Of a stretch of DNA of 63,408 nt, positions 1 through 8,659 are shown one piece after another (within the stretch, counting starts at the first letter, position 1; each line of letters starts with the position of its first letter). Where the stretch lies: assembly GCA_034667645.1 (NCBI GenBank), contig JAXDQV010000146.1, positions 1-63,408 on the forward strand, in the 5' to 3' direction. This DNA is from Chthoniobacter sp. (lineage in GTDB: Bacteria > Verrucomicrobiota > Verrucomicrobiia > Chthoniobacterales > Chthoniobacteraceae). The translations under genes were made by a program, and so were the position numbers. Under the pieces are notes generated by a model, which worked only from the letters and a program-made list of their open reading frames with translations, did not search any database and was not told the origin of the DNA.

Positions 1-38
1 TCTTAACTCTCTACCTCCCCTCTCTAGACTTAACTTTG

Positions 39-73
39 CTGCGGCCAATCTGTTGACAATCAACAGCTAGGCG
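39..73. repeat. 35-nt direct repeat, copy 1; contains the 17-nt palindrome CTGTTGACAATCAACAG at 50..66
   Basis: 32/35 identical to 16641..16675: CTGCG[G/A]CCAA[T/C]CTGTTGACAATCAACAG[C/T]TAGGCG. Lies 15 nt beyond the stop of the 88..615 ORF. Confidence 0.8.
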
Positions 74-87
74 TGTTCGTGACTTGG

Positions 88-615
88 TTATAGATCCACA
101 TCGCGTTCAGGTATATCCTTCTTGAGTTCGGCCAGTTGTTGTTCGACATGCGCCTGCCATTCTGGGATGTCTGCAATCATCTTGTTCTTGATCGCGTTGA
201 CGCCGTTAAGGCTCTTTCGCAGCTGGCAATGGATAGTCCATAGTGCCTCGTTTGTTGCCTCTCGTCCGTTTGTGTTGGTTAGTTCGACGAGATTGTCTGA
301 GATGAAAGTTATGCACCAGCTCGTTACGAAGGTCGTTCGCCTCCCAGAGTAGGGTGCTAACTCTCGATCCATAGACCCGCTCTCGTGGAGAATTCTTACG
401 GAGCGCCCGAGACACAAGTTAAGTAGATCATCGTGCTTTCGGATTTTGGTGGCCTCTCGGTCGATCTCGACGAAACCGTGCCTCTCCGCGGCCAGAAGCA
501 ACACCGCGACAGATTTCTCTAGCTCTTGCGCGATGTGAACGGTCAGTCCGTAGTTGATGTAGAATGTCTCCATGTCCTTGGCATACGGACTATCATCGTT
601 AGAGAAGCGCCTCAT
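88..615 (-). CDS. hypothetical alpha-helical protein in an AT-richer patch; possibly a decayed HEPN-type gene
   Basis: 175-aa ORF stays open in AT-rich sequence. No motif recognised in this frame, but an RNELVH (Rx4H) motif lies in the overlapping frame at 311..328. Confidence 0.5.
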   Translation of the reverse strand: MRRFSNDDSPYAKDMETFYINYGLTVHIAQELEKSVAVLLLAAERHGFVEIDREATKIRKHDDLLNLCLGRSVRILHESGSMDRELAPYSGRRTTFVTSWCITFISDNLVELTNTNGREATNEALWTIHCQLRKSLNGVNAIKNKMIADIPEWQAHVEQQLAELKKDIPERDVDL

Positions 616-639
616 CGGATCAATTTGAGCGTGGGCTAG

Positions 640-660
640 CGCCTAACTTTGAATTAGACG
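640..660. repeat. 21-nt palindromic element CGCCTAAC-TTTGA-ATTAGACG
   Basis: 19/21 identical to 30139..30159. Each copy lies 25-30 nt upstream of the start codon of an unrelated minus-strand ORF. Confidence 0.7.
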
Positions 661-965
661 AACTTTCGTAAAATAAGGCGAAGAAAGTTTCGCCTCTTTC
701 TGCTGGGGTTTTCACGGGCAGCTTTACGGTCTTCCGCTTTGGCACTACGGGAAGGATACGGAGGGCGCCGATGGTGAACAAGCCGGGATCGCTCGGTCGG
801 GGGGAGGAGAAGGTTTTTTTTCATCGCGGCAGAAGTTTTCCAGCGGTTCGAACGGGAGTTGGCTCGCCGGCTGCAACATAGCGAGCGGATGACTTGCCAC
901 TTACGGCAGGCAGAACTATCCAAACAGCGCGAACTGCGGATCGCCTTTCCACTCAAATTGAGCGC

Positions 966-1598
966 TCAATCCGCGGCGATGAGGCCGAGGCTGATGGCGT
1001 AGCGCGTCAAACTCGCGACGCCGTGCAAGCGCAGCTTGGCCATGAGATGGGCGCGATGGTTTTCCACAGTTTTCGCCGTCACGTAGAGCCGGGTGGAAAT
1101 CTCCTTGGAGCTGTTTCCCTCGGCGATCATTTGCAACACCTCGCGCTCGCGCGGCGAGAGTTCGATGCTCAAGGCCGCGGCCGAAGTGGCATCGAAAAGG
1201 AAACCGGTGACGTAGCTGGTGAAATAACCGCGCCCGGCGGCTACGGCGGAAATACCTTCGCGCAGCACCGCCAGATCGTCGGCCTTTGAAACAAAACCGG
1301 CGGGCCGGCATTTCAGGGTTTGGGTGATGAGCGGCCCGTTTTTCGTGCCGGAATAAATCAGGACGCGCGCCCGGCTCTGTCTCGCCTGCAGCCTGCGGAG
1401 CACTTCCTGCCCGGTCAGCTCGGGAAGGCGGAGATCGAGGACGACGAGGTCGGGATGAGTCTTCGCGCAAACCTCGAGTGCCTCGACGCCGGTGGCGGCT
1501 TCACCGACTACTTCGTAGCGTTCATCTGCGGAAAGAAGCGTGGCCAGCATCTGCCGGATCGACGTGTGGTCATCGACTAAAACAATCCGCTTTTTCAT
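966..1598 (-). CDS. NarL/LuxR-family two-component response regulator (REC + HTH)
   Basis: MKKRIVLVDDH...DLVVLDLRLPE receiver motifs. C-terminal LSPREREVLQMIAEGNSSKEIS...TVENHRAHLMAKL LuxR-type HTH. ATG at 1596..1598 chosen over the upstream ORF start. Confidence 0.9.
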   Translation of the reverse strand: MKKRIVLVDDHTSIRQMLATLLSADERYEVVGEAATGVEALEVCAKTHPDLVVLDLRLPELTGQEVLRRLQARQSRARVLIYSGTKNGPLITQTLKCRPAGFVSKADDLAVLREGISAVAAGRGYFTSYVTGFLFDATSAAALSIELSPREREVLQMIAEGNSSKEISTRLYVTAKTVENHRAHLMAKLRLHGVASLTRYAISLGLIAAD

Positions 1599-1786
1599 CC
1601 GGCATGCCTCCTGGCTGATCACCATTTTCAGCGGCACCCGACTTCCATGCGGGAGAGGGTGCGCAGAACATCCGTTAACGGACGAAACACGCGGCGCGCC
1701 AAGAGAAAAGTGGGTATTTGTTTTTCAGTGAATTGAGTAGTTCTGCTCATTCCGAAGCGCGCCGTTTCCCATAGCTTCGGAGAGTG

Positions 1787-2617
1787 ATGCCTCCAAAATC
1801 CGGCGCCGGAAAATCGTCTCAGAAAATCTCCCGCGGTTTCGGCTGGGTGCCCGACCTGCCCGACCAGCGCGATCACGCTTATGCCGCCCCGATGGCGAAA
1901 CTCGGAGCGCTCCCGCGTCGCGCCGACCTGCGGAAACTTTGTCCGCCGGTTTACAATCAGGGGCGCATCGGCTCCTGCACGGCGAACGCGATCGCCGCCG
2001 CCCTCGAGTTCGACCGCAAAAAACAGAGCCTCGCGGACTTCATCCCGTCGCGCCTTTTCATCTACTACAACGAGCGCGCCATGGAGCACACCATCGGCTC
2101 CGACGCCGGCGCGATGATCCGCGACGGAATCAAAAGCGTCGGCAAAAAAGGGGCGTGTCCGGAAACCGAGTGGCCTTACGACGACACGCCAGCAGACTCG
2201 ACCACGAGCCTTTGGCCCAAGGACGCGAAGCCTGCGCAGAAGCCGCCGAAGCCGTGCTACGACGACGCGAAGAAAGCCCGCGCGCTGAATTATCAGCGCG
2301 TCGATCGCACTCTCACGCAGATGAAAGGCTGCCTCGCGGACGGCTTTCCGTTCGTCTTCGGGTTCACGGTTTACGACAGCTTTGAAAGCGACGCCGTCGC
2401 CAAAACCGGGCTGCTGGAAATGCCTGCACCGGGCGAGGGGGTGGTGGGGGGGCACGCCGTTCTCTGCGTCGGCTACGACGATAAATCGCAACATTTTCAC
2501 GTGCGGAATTCCTGGGGCACGACGTGGGGGAAACGCGGCTATTTCACGATGCCTTACTCCTACCTGCTCGACGAAAACCTGTCCGACGATTTCTGGACGA
2601 TCCGGACGGTCGCCTAG
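1787..2617 (+). CDS. papain-family (C1) cysteine peptidase, no signal peptide
   Basis: QGRIGSCTANA (oxyanion Gln and catalytic Cys), GGHAVLCVGYD (His), NSWGTTWGKRGYF (Asn-Ser-Trp). Confidence 0.85.
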   Translation: MPPKSGAGKSSQKISRGFGWVPDLPDQRDHAYAAPMAKLGALPRRADLRKLCPPVYNQGRIGSCTANAIAAALEFDRKKQSLADFIPSRLFIYYNERAMEHTIGSDAGAMIRDGIKSVGKKGACPETEWPYDDTPADSTTSLWPKDAKPAQKPPKPCYDDAKKARALNYQRVDRTLTQMKGCLADGFPFVFGFTVYDSFESDAVAKTGLLEMPAPGEGVVGGHAVLCVGYDDKSQHFHVRNSWGTTWGKRGYFTMPYSYLLDENLSDDFWTIRTVA

Positions 2618-2626
2618 CCGTCATCC

Positions 2627-4000
2627 ATGCGAACACTCATCGTTCTGCATGGGTGGAGTGACAACGCGACTTCCTTCGAGCCACTGGCGGGCTGGCTGCG
2701 CGGGCAGGGCTTCGATGTCGTAGGCATCTGGCTCGGCGACTACCTCTCGATGAACGACGAGGTCAGTCTCTACGATCTCGGCAACGCGTTCCGGCGCGCG
2801 CTCGATTTCCACAAAATCCCGCAGGCGCGCCATAGCTTCGACTTGATCACGCACAGCACGGGCGGACTCGTGGCGCGAGAGTATTTGCGGCAGAGCTGTG
2901 TGGATGAAAACGGCGAGCCCGATGCCGTGCGCGCGCCGATCGCGCATCTCTGCATGCTCGCGCCGGCGAACTTTGGCTCGCCGCTGGCGAATCTCGGCAA
3001 GTCCGTCATCGGCCGCTTTTTCAAGGGCTGGGACTGGAACCATTTCGCGGAGTCCGGCAAGCAGGTGCTCGATGCGCTGGAGCTCGCCGCGCCTTATTCC
3101 TTCTGGCTTGGCGTCGATGATCTGTTCCGCGCCGGCTATCGCATTTTCGCGCCGGAGAATACCTTCACGACTGTGATGGTCGGCACGATCAGCTATCCCG
3201 GCATCAAGTCCGTGATGCATGAAAACGGGAGTGACGGCACGGTCCGCGTTTCCACCGCGAATCTGAACGCCACTTACCTCTCGGTTGATTTTGCCGACGC
3301 GAATGCATCGCCGAAGCCGGTCGCCAAACCGCGCGTGAACCCGGATATCGCGTTCGCCGTCTTCCATCGCAATCACGGCAGCATTACCAAAGCCGTTCCG
3401 GACAAGGACTCCCCCGAGCTCGCGCAGGTCGAGAGCTGGCAGAAAACGCTGCTCGATGCGTTGCGGCTGGAGCCGGGTGATTACTCGACGCACGCCGCGC
3501 GGTGCTCAGCGATCACAGACCAGACCTTTGTCGAAGGCCGGCAAGGACCGAATCCAGACTGGTATCATCGCTACCAGCACGTGGTTTTCCGCGTGCACGA
3601 TCAGTTTGGAAATTCCATCCCGGACTACGTTATCGAGTTTTATCAGCAGGATCGGGACGACGACGACCGGGTCATGGAATTCATCCACAAAGAGATCGTC
3701 GAGAAAGTTCACACCAACGCCATCGATCATGGCTACCGCAGCTTTCTGATCGATACCGACGACTTGATCGAGTTTATCGATAAACACGACGCCGAAGTCT
3801 GCATGAGCATCACGGCTGCCCACGTCTCGCGCCGGATCCGTTATCGCAATCCCGAGCACGGCTTCCGCGTTTTCACCAAGACAAATCGCGGCATGCTCCA
3901 CCCGAACGAACCGATCCTGGTGAACATCACGCTTTATCGCGACCCGGACGTCGAGAATCCCGACCCGGCCCTGAACGTCTTCCGCCTTCTCCCTGCATGA
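2627..4000 (+). CDS. alpha/beta-hydrolase (lipase/esterase-like) with a C-terminal domain of unknown function
   Basis: LIVLHGWSDN... and nucleophile elbow LITHSTGGLV. No signal peptide. Stop overlaps the next start (ATGA at 3997..4000). Confidence 0.7.
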   Translation: MRTLIVLHGWSDNATSFEPLAGWLRGQGFDVVGIWLGDYLSMNDEVSLYDLGNAFRRALDFHKIPQARHSFDLITHSTGGLVAREYLRQSCVDENGEPDAVRAPIAHLCMLAPANFGSPLANLGKSVIGRFFKGWDWNHFAESGKQVLDALELAAPYSFWLGVDDLFRAGYRIFAPENTFTTVMVGTISYPGIKSVMHENGSDGTVRVSTANLNATYLSVDFADANASPKPVAKPRVNPDIAFAVFHRNHGSITKAVPDKDSPELAQVESWQKTLLDALRLEPGDYSTHAARCSAITDQTFVEGRQGPNPDWYHRYQHVVFRVHDQFGNSIPDYVIEFYQQDRDDDDRVMEFIHKEIVEKVHTNAIDHGYRSFLIDTDDLIEFIDKHDAEVCMSITAAHVSRRIRYRNPEHGFRVFTKTNRGMLHPNEPILVNITLYRDPDVENPDPALNVFRLLPA

Positions 4001-4800
4001 ATTTTTTATCGAAAATCCAGCTCAGCTTTCTCGCACTCCTCGTCCTTTTGCTCACCGGCTGCGCGGGCGGTCCCGGTCAGCCCAAACCGCTTGCGACCCT
4101 TTATCATTCCTACGAATCGGATCGTGTCGCGCGTTATCGGGATCCGAATTCCCCGGCGATCGCCGCGGCGAGCACCAGCGCGGGCGCCCGCAACGACTTG
4201 ATGAACGACCTGATCCTCATGATCGATCACAACTATGCGGAGATCGAAAAGCGTCTCTACGGGAACAAGTCATGGGCGGATTTCGGCGGCAGCGTGCTTG
4301 CCACGGGCCTCGGCACGGCCGGCACGTTGAGTGGCGATCTCGTGGTAAAAACGACGCTCTCGGCGCTCGTCACCGCGATTGATTCAACGAAGGTTTCTTT
4401 CAACAAGGACGTCCTCCAGGGCCAGAGTATCATCGCGATCATCGCCACCATGCGAAAGATGCGCGCGGAGAAACTCCTCGAGATCCGGCTCGCGCAAAAG
4501 CTCAGCATCCACGGCTATCCGCTCTCGCTCGGCCTCGATGATCTGATGGCTTACTACAATGCCGGCACCTTCATCGCCGCGCTCCAGGGCATGACCGAGG
4601 ACGCCGCCTCCGGCAAGAAGAACGCGGAGGAAAGGCTCAACTCCTTCAAAGTGCAGGGCGTGGTTCCAGTGAAAGTCGCGCCGAGCCATCCGACCGGTGT
4701 CATCGAACCGGCTGCGACCGGGGCGACGAGCGTAGATCCGGATGTCCCGACCAAACTCCAGCCGTCGCATCCGATCGGTGTTGTCGAAAGCGCCCAATAA
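3997..4800 (+). CDS. lipoprotein of unknown function
   Basis: Signal peptide with lipobox LLLTGCAGG. Translationally coupled to the preceding hydrolase gene. Confidence 0.6.
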   Translation: MNFLSKIQLSFLALLVLLLTGCAGGPGQPKPLATLYHSYESDRVARYRDPNSPAIAAASTSAGARNDLMNDLILMIDHNYAEIEKRLYGNKSWADFGGSVLATGLGTAGTLSGDLVVKTTLSALVTAIDSTKVSFNKDVLQGQSIIAIIATMRKMRAEKLLEIRLAQKLSIHGYPLSLGLDDLMAYYNAGTFIAALQGMTEDAASGKKNAEERLNSFKVQGVVPVKVAPSHPTGVIEPAATGATSVDPDVPTKLQPSHPIGVVESAQ

Positions 4801-4803
4801 CCA

Positions 4804-6006
4804 ATGAGCATCCTGCGCACTCTGCCGATCGATCTTTCACTCGAGTCTCTGCAAGAGCGGCTGCGCCATTGTGAGCAAGGCATGACGGTGAACGGGAAAC
4901 TCGTGCCGACCATGTTGTTGAGCCTGACGCGCGATACCGCGTTGACGCCGGAGAGCCCGACCGTGCCGGTGGATGTGAATCTCGCGGATTTTGACCCCGC
5001 CACCGAGGTGGCTGGAAAGATCGAGCTGATCGGCGATGTCCCGCCGGAAACCGACCCTGACTCGCGGGCCGCGTTTTTCCGTAATCTCCAGCGCATCAGC
5101 CTCGAGATCGTTTGCTTCTCGGACGTTTTCGTTAAAGGAAAGATCCAGGAAGTCGTCACCTGTCACGAACTGGCGGAAGATCCTGCGCCCGTGCCGGAGC
5201 CCGTCCCGATCCCGACGCCGGCTCCAATTCCAGTCCCGGCTCCGGTTCCTGCACCGACTCCAGTCCCACCTGTTCCAGCGCCCTTGCCCATCCCCGCACC
5301 GCCAGTCCCTGCGCCCGCGCCGACCCCAGTCCCGGCGCCGACACCGGTTCCAGCTCCGGATCCAACCCCGACCCCAGCGCCGGCTCCTGCGCCGATGATC
5401 TCTCAAAAAGCCTTCGAACTCATTCGCGAGTTTGAGGGAATTGATCAGCCCGGCATCTGGCCCGGCGCCTCGTCCGGGATTTCGCTTGGTGTCGGCTACG
5501 ACCTTGGCAGCGTCACCGCGTCCGAGTTCAAGCAGGATTGGGCGGAGCCGCTTTTGTCCGGAAATCATTTTGACCGGCTCCTAGGCGCCATCGGAGTCGC
5601 CGGGCAGGCGGCGCGCGCGATGGCGCCGACTTTTCGCGACATCAAAGTGAGCGAGAGCGCCGCGAGCGAAGTCTTTGCGCAACGCACGGTCCCGCTTTTC
5701 CACGCGCTGACGCGAAAGACCTTTCCCGGCATGGAACAGCTCCCCGCGGACGCGCAGGGGGCGCTTTTGTCGCTCGTCTATAATCGGGGCAGTGCGCTCA
5801 GCGGCGACCGGCGCACCGAGATGCGCGCGATTCGCGACATCATTCAAAACGCGGTCCAGAGCGGCAGCGTCAAAAGCAACTTGCGCCCGGTGCTCCATGC
5901 CATTGCGGCGGAAGTGCAGTCGATGAAACGTCTTTGGGTCAACGCGGGCGTTCCCGGGTTGCTGCGCCGCCGCGATGCCGAGGCCGAACTCATCCGCAAT
6001 GCGTGA
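4804..6006 (+). CDS. three-part protein: N-terminal domain, about 70-aa (P-x)n linker, C-terminal lysozyme-like (GH24/pesticin-type) domain
   Basis: Pro-rich linker encoded at about 5182..5394. C-terminal LIREFEG...ISLGVGYDLG...LLRRRDAEAELI resembles phage-type lysozyme signatures. No signal peptide. Confidence 0.6.
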   Translation: MSILRTLPIDLSLESLQERLRHCEQGMTVNGKLVPTMLLSLTRDTALTPESPTVPVDVNLADFDPATEVAGKIELIGDVPPETDPDSRAAFFRNLQRISLEIVCFSDVFVKGKIQEVVTCHELAEDPAPVPEPVPIPTPAPIPVPAPVPAPTPVPPVPAPLPIPAPPVPAPAPTPVPAPTPVPAPDPTPTPAPAPAPMISQKAFELIREFEGIDQPGIWPGASSGISLGVGYDLGSVTASEFKQDWAEPLLSGNHFDRLLGAIGVAGQAARAMAPTFRDIKVSESAASEVFAQRTVPLFHALTRKTFPGMEQLPADAQGALLSLVYNRGSALSGDRRTEMRAIRDIIQNAVQSGSVKSNLRPVLHAIAAEVQSMKRLWVNAGVPGLLRRRDAEAELIRNA

Positions 6007-7432
6007 TATGAATTCCCGACTGCTCTCGCCGCTCTTCGCACTTTTGCTCGGTCCGGCCTTTTCGCAAGCCGAGTCGGTGGAGCCATCGGGCGCAGTCGCG
6101 TTGCCCGCCGCTGCTCCGCTCAGCGCGGATGCACTTCCGGCGGTTGCGGAAGCTCCGGCCCAACCCACGCCCCCGCCTTATGCGCGTTATGAAACCACGG
6201 GAGTTTTCCATGTCCGAAATGAACGCCGGCCTTCGCAAAACCCGGAGACCGATGCCTGCGTGGCGCGGCGCGGCGACGTGATATGCGTCTATGTAAAGCA
6301 CCTCAACTCCTGGTTGCGCGACCCGCTGTATAAGGATCGGTTTCCGAAGGACGCGAAAATTGCCGATCTGATTCCTTATCTGGATGACGTGCCGTTGAAA
6401 GGGATTCATCCGGAGCAATCGTGGCCCGAACCGCCAGACACGGACTCGGAAGCTTCGCCGCAGGTTCATTACCTGCGTTTCACATTGAGCCGCACGGAGA
6501 CCTCGAAGAGTGCGTGGACGCAGATTCTGAATCGCCCAAACTTCCAAAAGCTCATGAAGGTCTCAGTCGGCTTCGAGAATGGAGAAGAGATGCGCACCTG
6601 GGTGCTGCCGACATCAAAGAAGTCGGAGAACCTCTTCATTTTCACCCTGATCCCGCCATTCCGTTTCTGGCTCGGGACCGTGCTGATTCTCGGCGCATTC
6701 GTGGTTTTCGTTTACCTCGCGCGATGGACGGACATTATCCGCGACACCGGCGCGCCGTTGCGGCCGGACAAGCGCTGTCCTTACAGCCTTTCCCGCGCGC
6801 AGATGGCGTTCTGGTTTTTTCTGGTCGTCGGCGCGTTCTTTTTCCTGTGGGTCATCATCGGCGACACGGACACGCTCAATCCGTCGGTGCTCGGTTTGAT
6901 CGGCATCAGCGCGAGCACCGCGCTCGGGGCGGCGTTTGTGGATTCGGGGAAAAAAACGGCGCCGGCGAGCGAAACGGAATTGCCGGCCGTCAACCTTTCC
7001 CAGCCCCGGCGAAAAATCTGCGCAGAGATCAGCAAACTGATCGCGAAGGAGAAAGCGGAGCTGAAAGAAATCGAGACCGAGCGGGCGAAAATCGCCCCAG
7101 CCGATGAAACGAAGCTCGCGGCGAATGCAGCGGCACAAGCGAACAAAACCCAGCAGATTGCCGACCTCCAGCGTCAGCTCGATTACTTCGAGTGGCCGGC
7201 GTGGAAAGGGACGATGTATGATCTCCTCGCGGAGAACAACGCAGTCTGCTTTCACCGCTTCCAGATTTTCGTCTGGACGATCGTGCTCGGCATCATGTTC
7301 GTCGCGAACGTTTACAATCAGCTCGCGATGCCGGAGTTCAGCGCCACGCTGCTCGGCCTACTCGGGATCAGCGCTGGCACCTACGTGGGATTCAAAATTC
7401 CCGAAAACAACAAGACGAAGGAAGACGCCTAG
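5999..7432 (+). CDS. signal-peptide membrane protein with an internally duplicated 2-TM module and a coiled coil
   Basis: MRDMNSRLLSPLFALLLGPAFSQA leader. Start overlaps the stop of the lysozyme-like gene by 8 nt. Repeated ...LGL[IL]GISA[SG]T... TM modules flank an ELKEIETERAK...LQRQL coiled coil. Confidence 0.6.
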   Translation: MRDMNSRLLSPLFALLLGPAFSQAESVEPSGAVALPAAAPLSADALPAVAEAPAQPTPPPYARYETTGVFHVRNERRPSQNPETDACVARRGDVICVYVKHLNSWLRDPLYKDRFPKDAKIADLIPYLDDVPLKGIHPEQSWPEPPDTDSEASPQVHYLRFTLSRTETSKSAWTQILNRPNFQKLMKVSVGFENGEEMRTWVLPTSKKSENLFIFTLIPPFRFWLGTVLILGAFVVFVYLARWTDIIRDTGAPLRPDKRCPYSLSRAQMAFWFFLVVGAFFFLWVIIGDTDTLNPSVLGLIGISASTALGAAFVDSGKKTAPASETELPAVNLSQPRRKICAEISKLIAKEKAELKEIETERAKIAPADETKLAANAAAQANKTQQIADLQRQLDYFEWPAWKGTMYDLLAENNAVCFHRFQIFVWTIVLGIMFVANVYNQLAMPEFSATLLGLLGISAGTYVGFKIPENNKTKEDA

Positions 7433-7491
7433 AAACGCGCGCCACTCACGTCAGAAGTTTTTTAAATAAACCAAGCCCGGCGAATCCTCTT

Positions 7492-8643
7492 ATGAACTTA
7501 TCCGACATCATCCACGCCACGACGCAGCCTTATTCCGCTTTGCGCCGGGAGTTGAAGTTCAAGGACTGGTTTATCATCTCGCGGAGCCTGGCTTTCAACA
7601 TGCAGGCGCAGACGCAGAGCAATTGGTGCTGGGCGGCGACGGCGCGGAGCGTGTCGCATTTCTATTGGTTCCTGAGCCGCTGGTCGCAGTGCAAGATCGC
7701 GTGCGCGGAATTGAACCTGACGACGTGTTGCGATACGACGGTGCCGGATGACTGCAACGTGAGCTGGTATCTGGCGAAGGCGCTGACGCGGACGCAGAAT
7801 TTCGTGAGTGTGACGGGGACGGTGAGTTTCGCGACGGTGAAGGCGGACATCGATGCGGGGCGGGTGGTCGGAGCGCGGATCGGATGGAGCGGCGGCGGCG
7901 GGCACTTCTGCGTGATCTACGGCTACACGGAGGCGATCTTTGGCGAGGACTACTTTGACATCGACGATCCAATCTACGGGAAATCGCACCTGACGGTTTC
8001 CGACTTTACCAATAACTATCAGGACACCGGCACATGGACGGACACGGATTTCACCAAGAGCCACATCGATTTTATGCCGATCATTCCCATTCTCGTGGAT
8101 CAGGAAATCCTGCGGCATATCTGGGAGCAGCGACCTTTGCTCGGGGTGAAAGCAGGGCTGCCGGTGGAGGAGATCGAGAAGACCGAAGGGCGCACCTTGG
8201 GGCTGGCGCATCCGGTCTTCACCCTGGGGCTGAACGAACTGAAGGAAGCGTCAGCGCGAGCGGCGCAAACAGGCGTGCGGGTCATGGAATTCGCCGGCGA
8301 AACACCGCGCGCGTTTTACGATGTCGCGGACGGCAAAGAGGGAAGCGTGCGGCAGATGTCGGCGACCAGCCCATACCTGCAACTTTTGCCACGGGCCATG
8401 GAAGTGGTATCCGCGTTGCCGGCGGACGAACGGCAGTTCGAGCTGCGTTTGCTGCGGGTGCCGGCGCTCAACTTCGAGGCGCTCTGGCTGCACTCGGGAG
8501 AGGGTGAGGAGGATCGCGTGATTCCTCTGCGAAACTTTCACGGGTTCGCTCCCATGCACGCAGTCTCTTATCGGGAGGCGCTCGAAAAACTGCGCCACGC
8601 GGCGCGTTCCGTGCGCCAGCAGGATGACGCGATGGGAGCCTGA
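7492..8643 (+). CDS. papain-fold cysteine peptidase (C39-like/BtrH-like) with a C-terminal domain of unknown function
   Basis: QTQSNWCWAATARS (Gln about 5 residues before Cys), GGGGHFCVIYGY (His), DIDDPIYG (Asp). No signal peptide. Confidence 0.6.
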   Translation: MNLSDIIHATTQPYSALRRELKFKDWFIISRSLAFNMQAQTQSNWCWAATARSVSHFYWFLSRWSQCKIACAELNLTTCCDTTVPDDCNVSWYLAKALTRTQNFVSVTGTVSFATVKADIDAGRVVGARIGWSGGGGHFCVIYGYTEAIFGEDYFDIDDPIYGKSHLTVSDFTNNYQDTGTWTDTDFTKSHIDFMPIIPILVDQEILRHIWEQRPLLGVKAGLPVEEIEKTEGRTLGLAHPVFTLGLNELKEASARAAQTGVRVMEFAGETPRAFYDVADGKEGSVRQMSATSPYLQLLPRAMEVVSALPADERQFELRLLRVPALNFEALWLHSGEGEEDRVIPLRNFHGFAPMHAVSYREALEKLRHAARSVRQQDDAMGA

Positions 8644-8659
8644 GAAACTCGAAAAACCC

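Noticed and set aside
50-66. CTGTTGACAATCAACAG palindromes (also 16652..16668) considered as rho-independent terminators
   Set aside because: The stem is only 7 bp with a 3-nt loop, and no T-tract follows on either strand. Conservation extends well beyond the hairpin.
654-1470. ORFs 654..956, 894..1289 and 916..1470
   Set aside because: They are Arg-rich translations overlapping or antisense to the response-regulator gene or lying in its 3' flank. No motifs are present, and the regulator frame explains the open reading.
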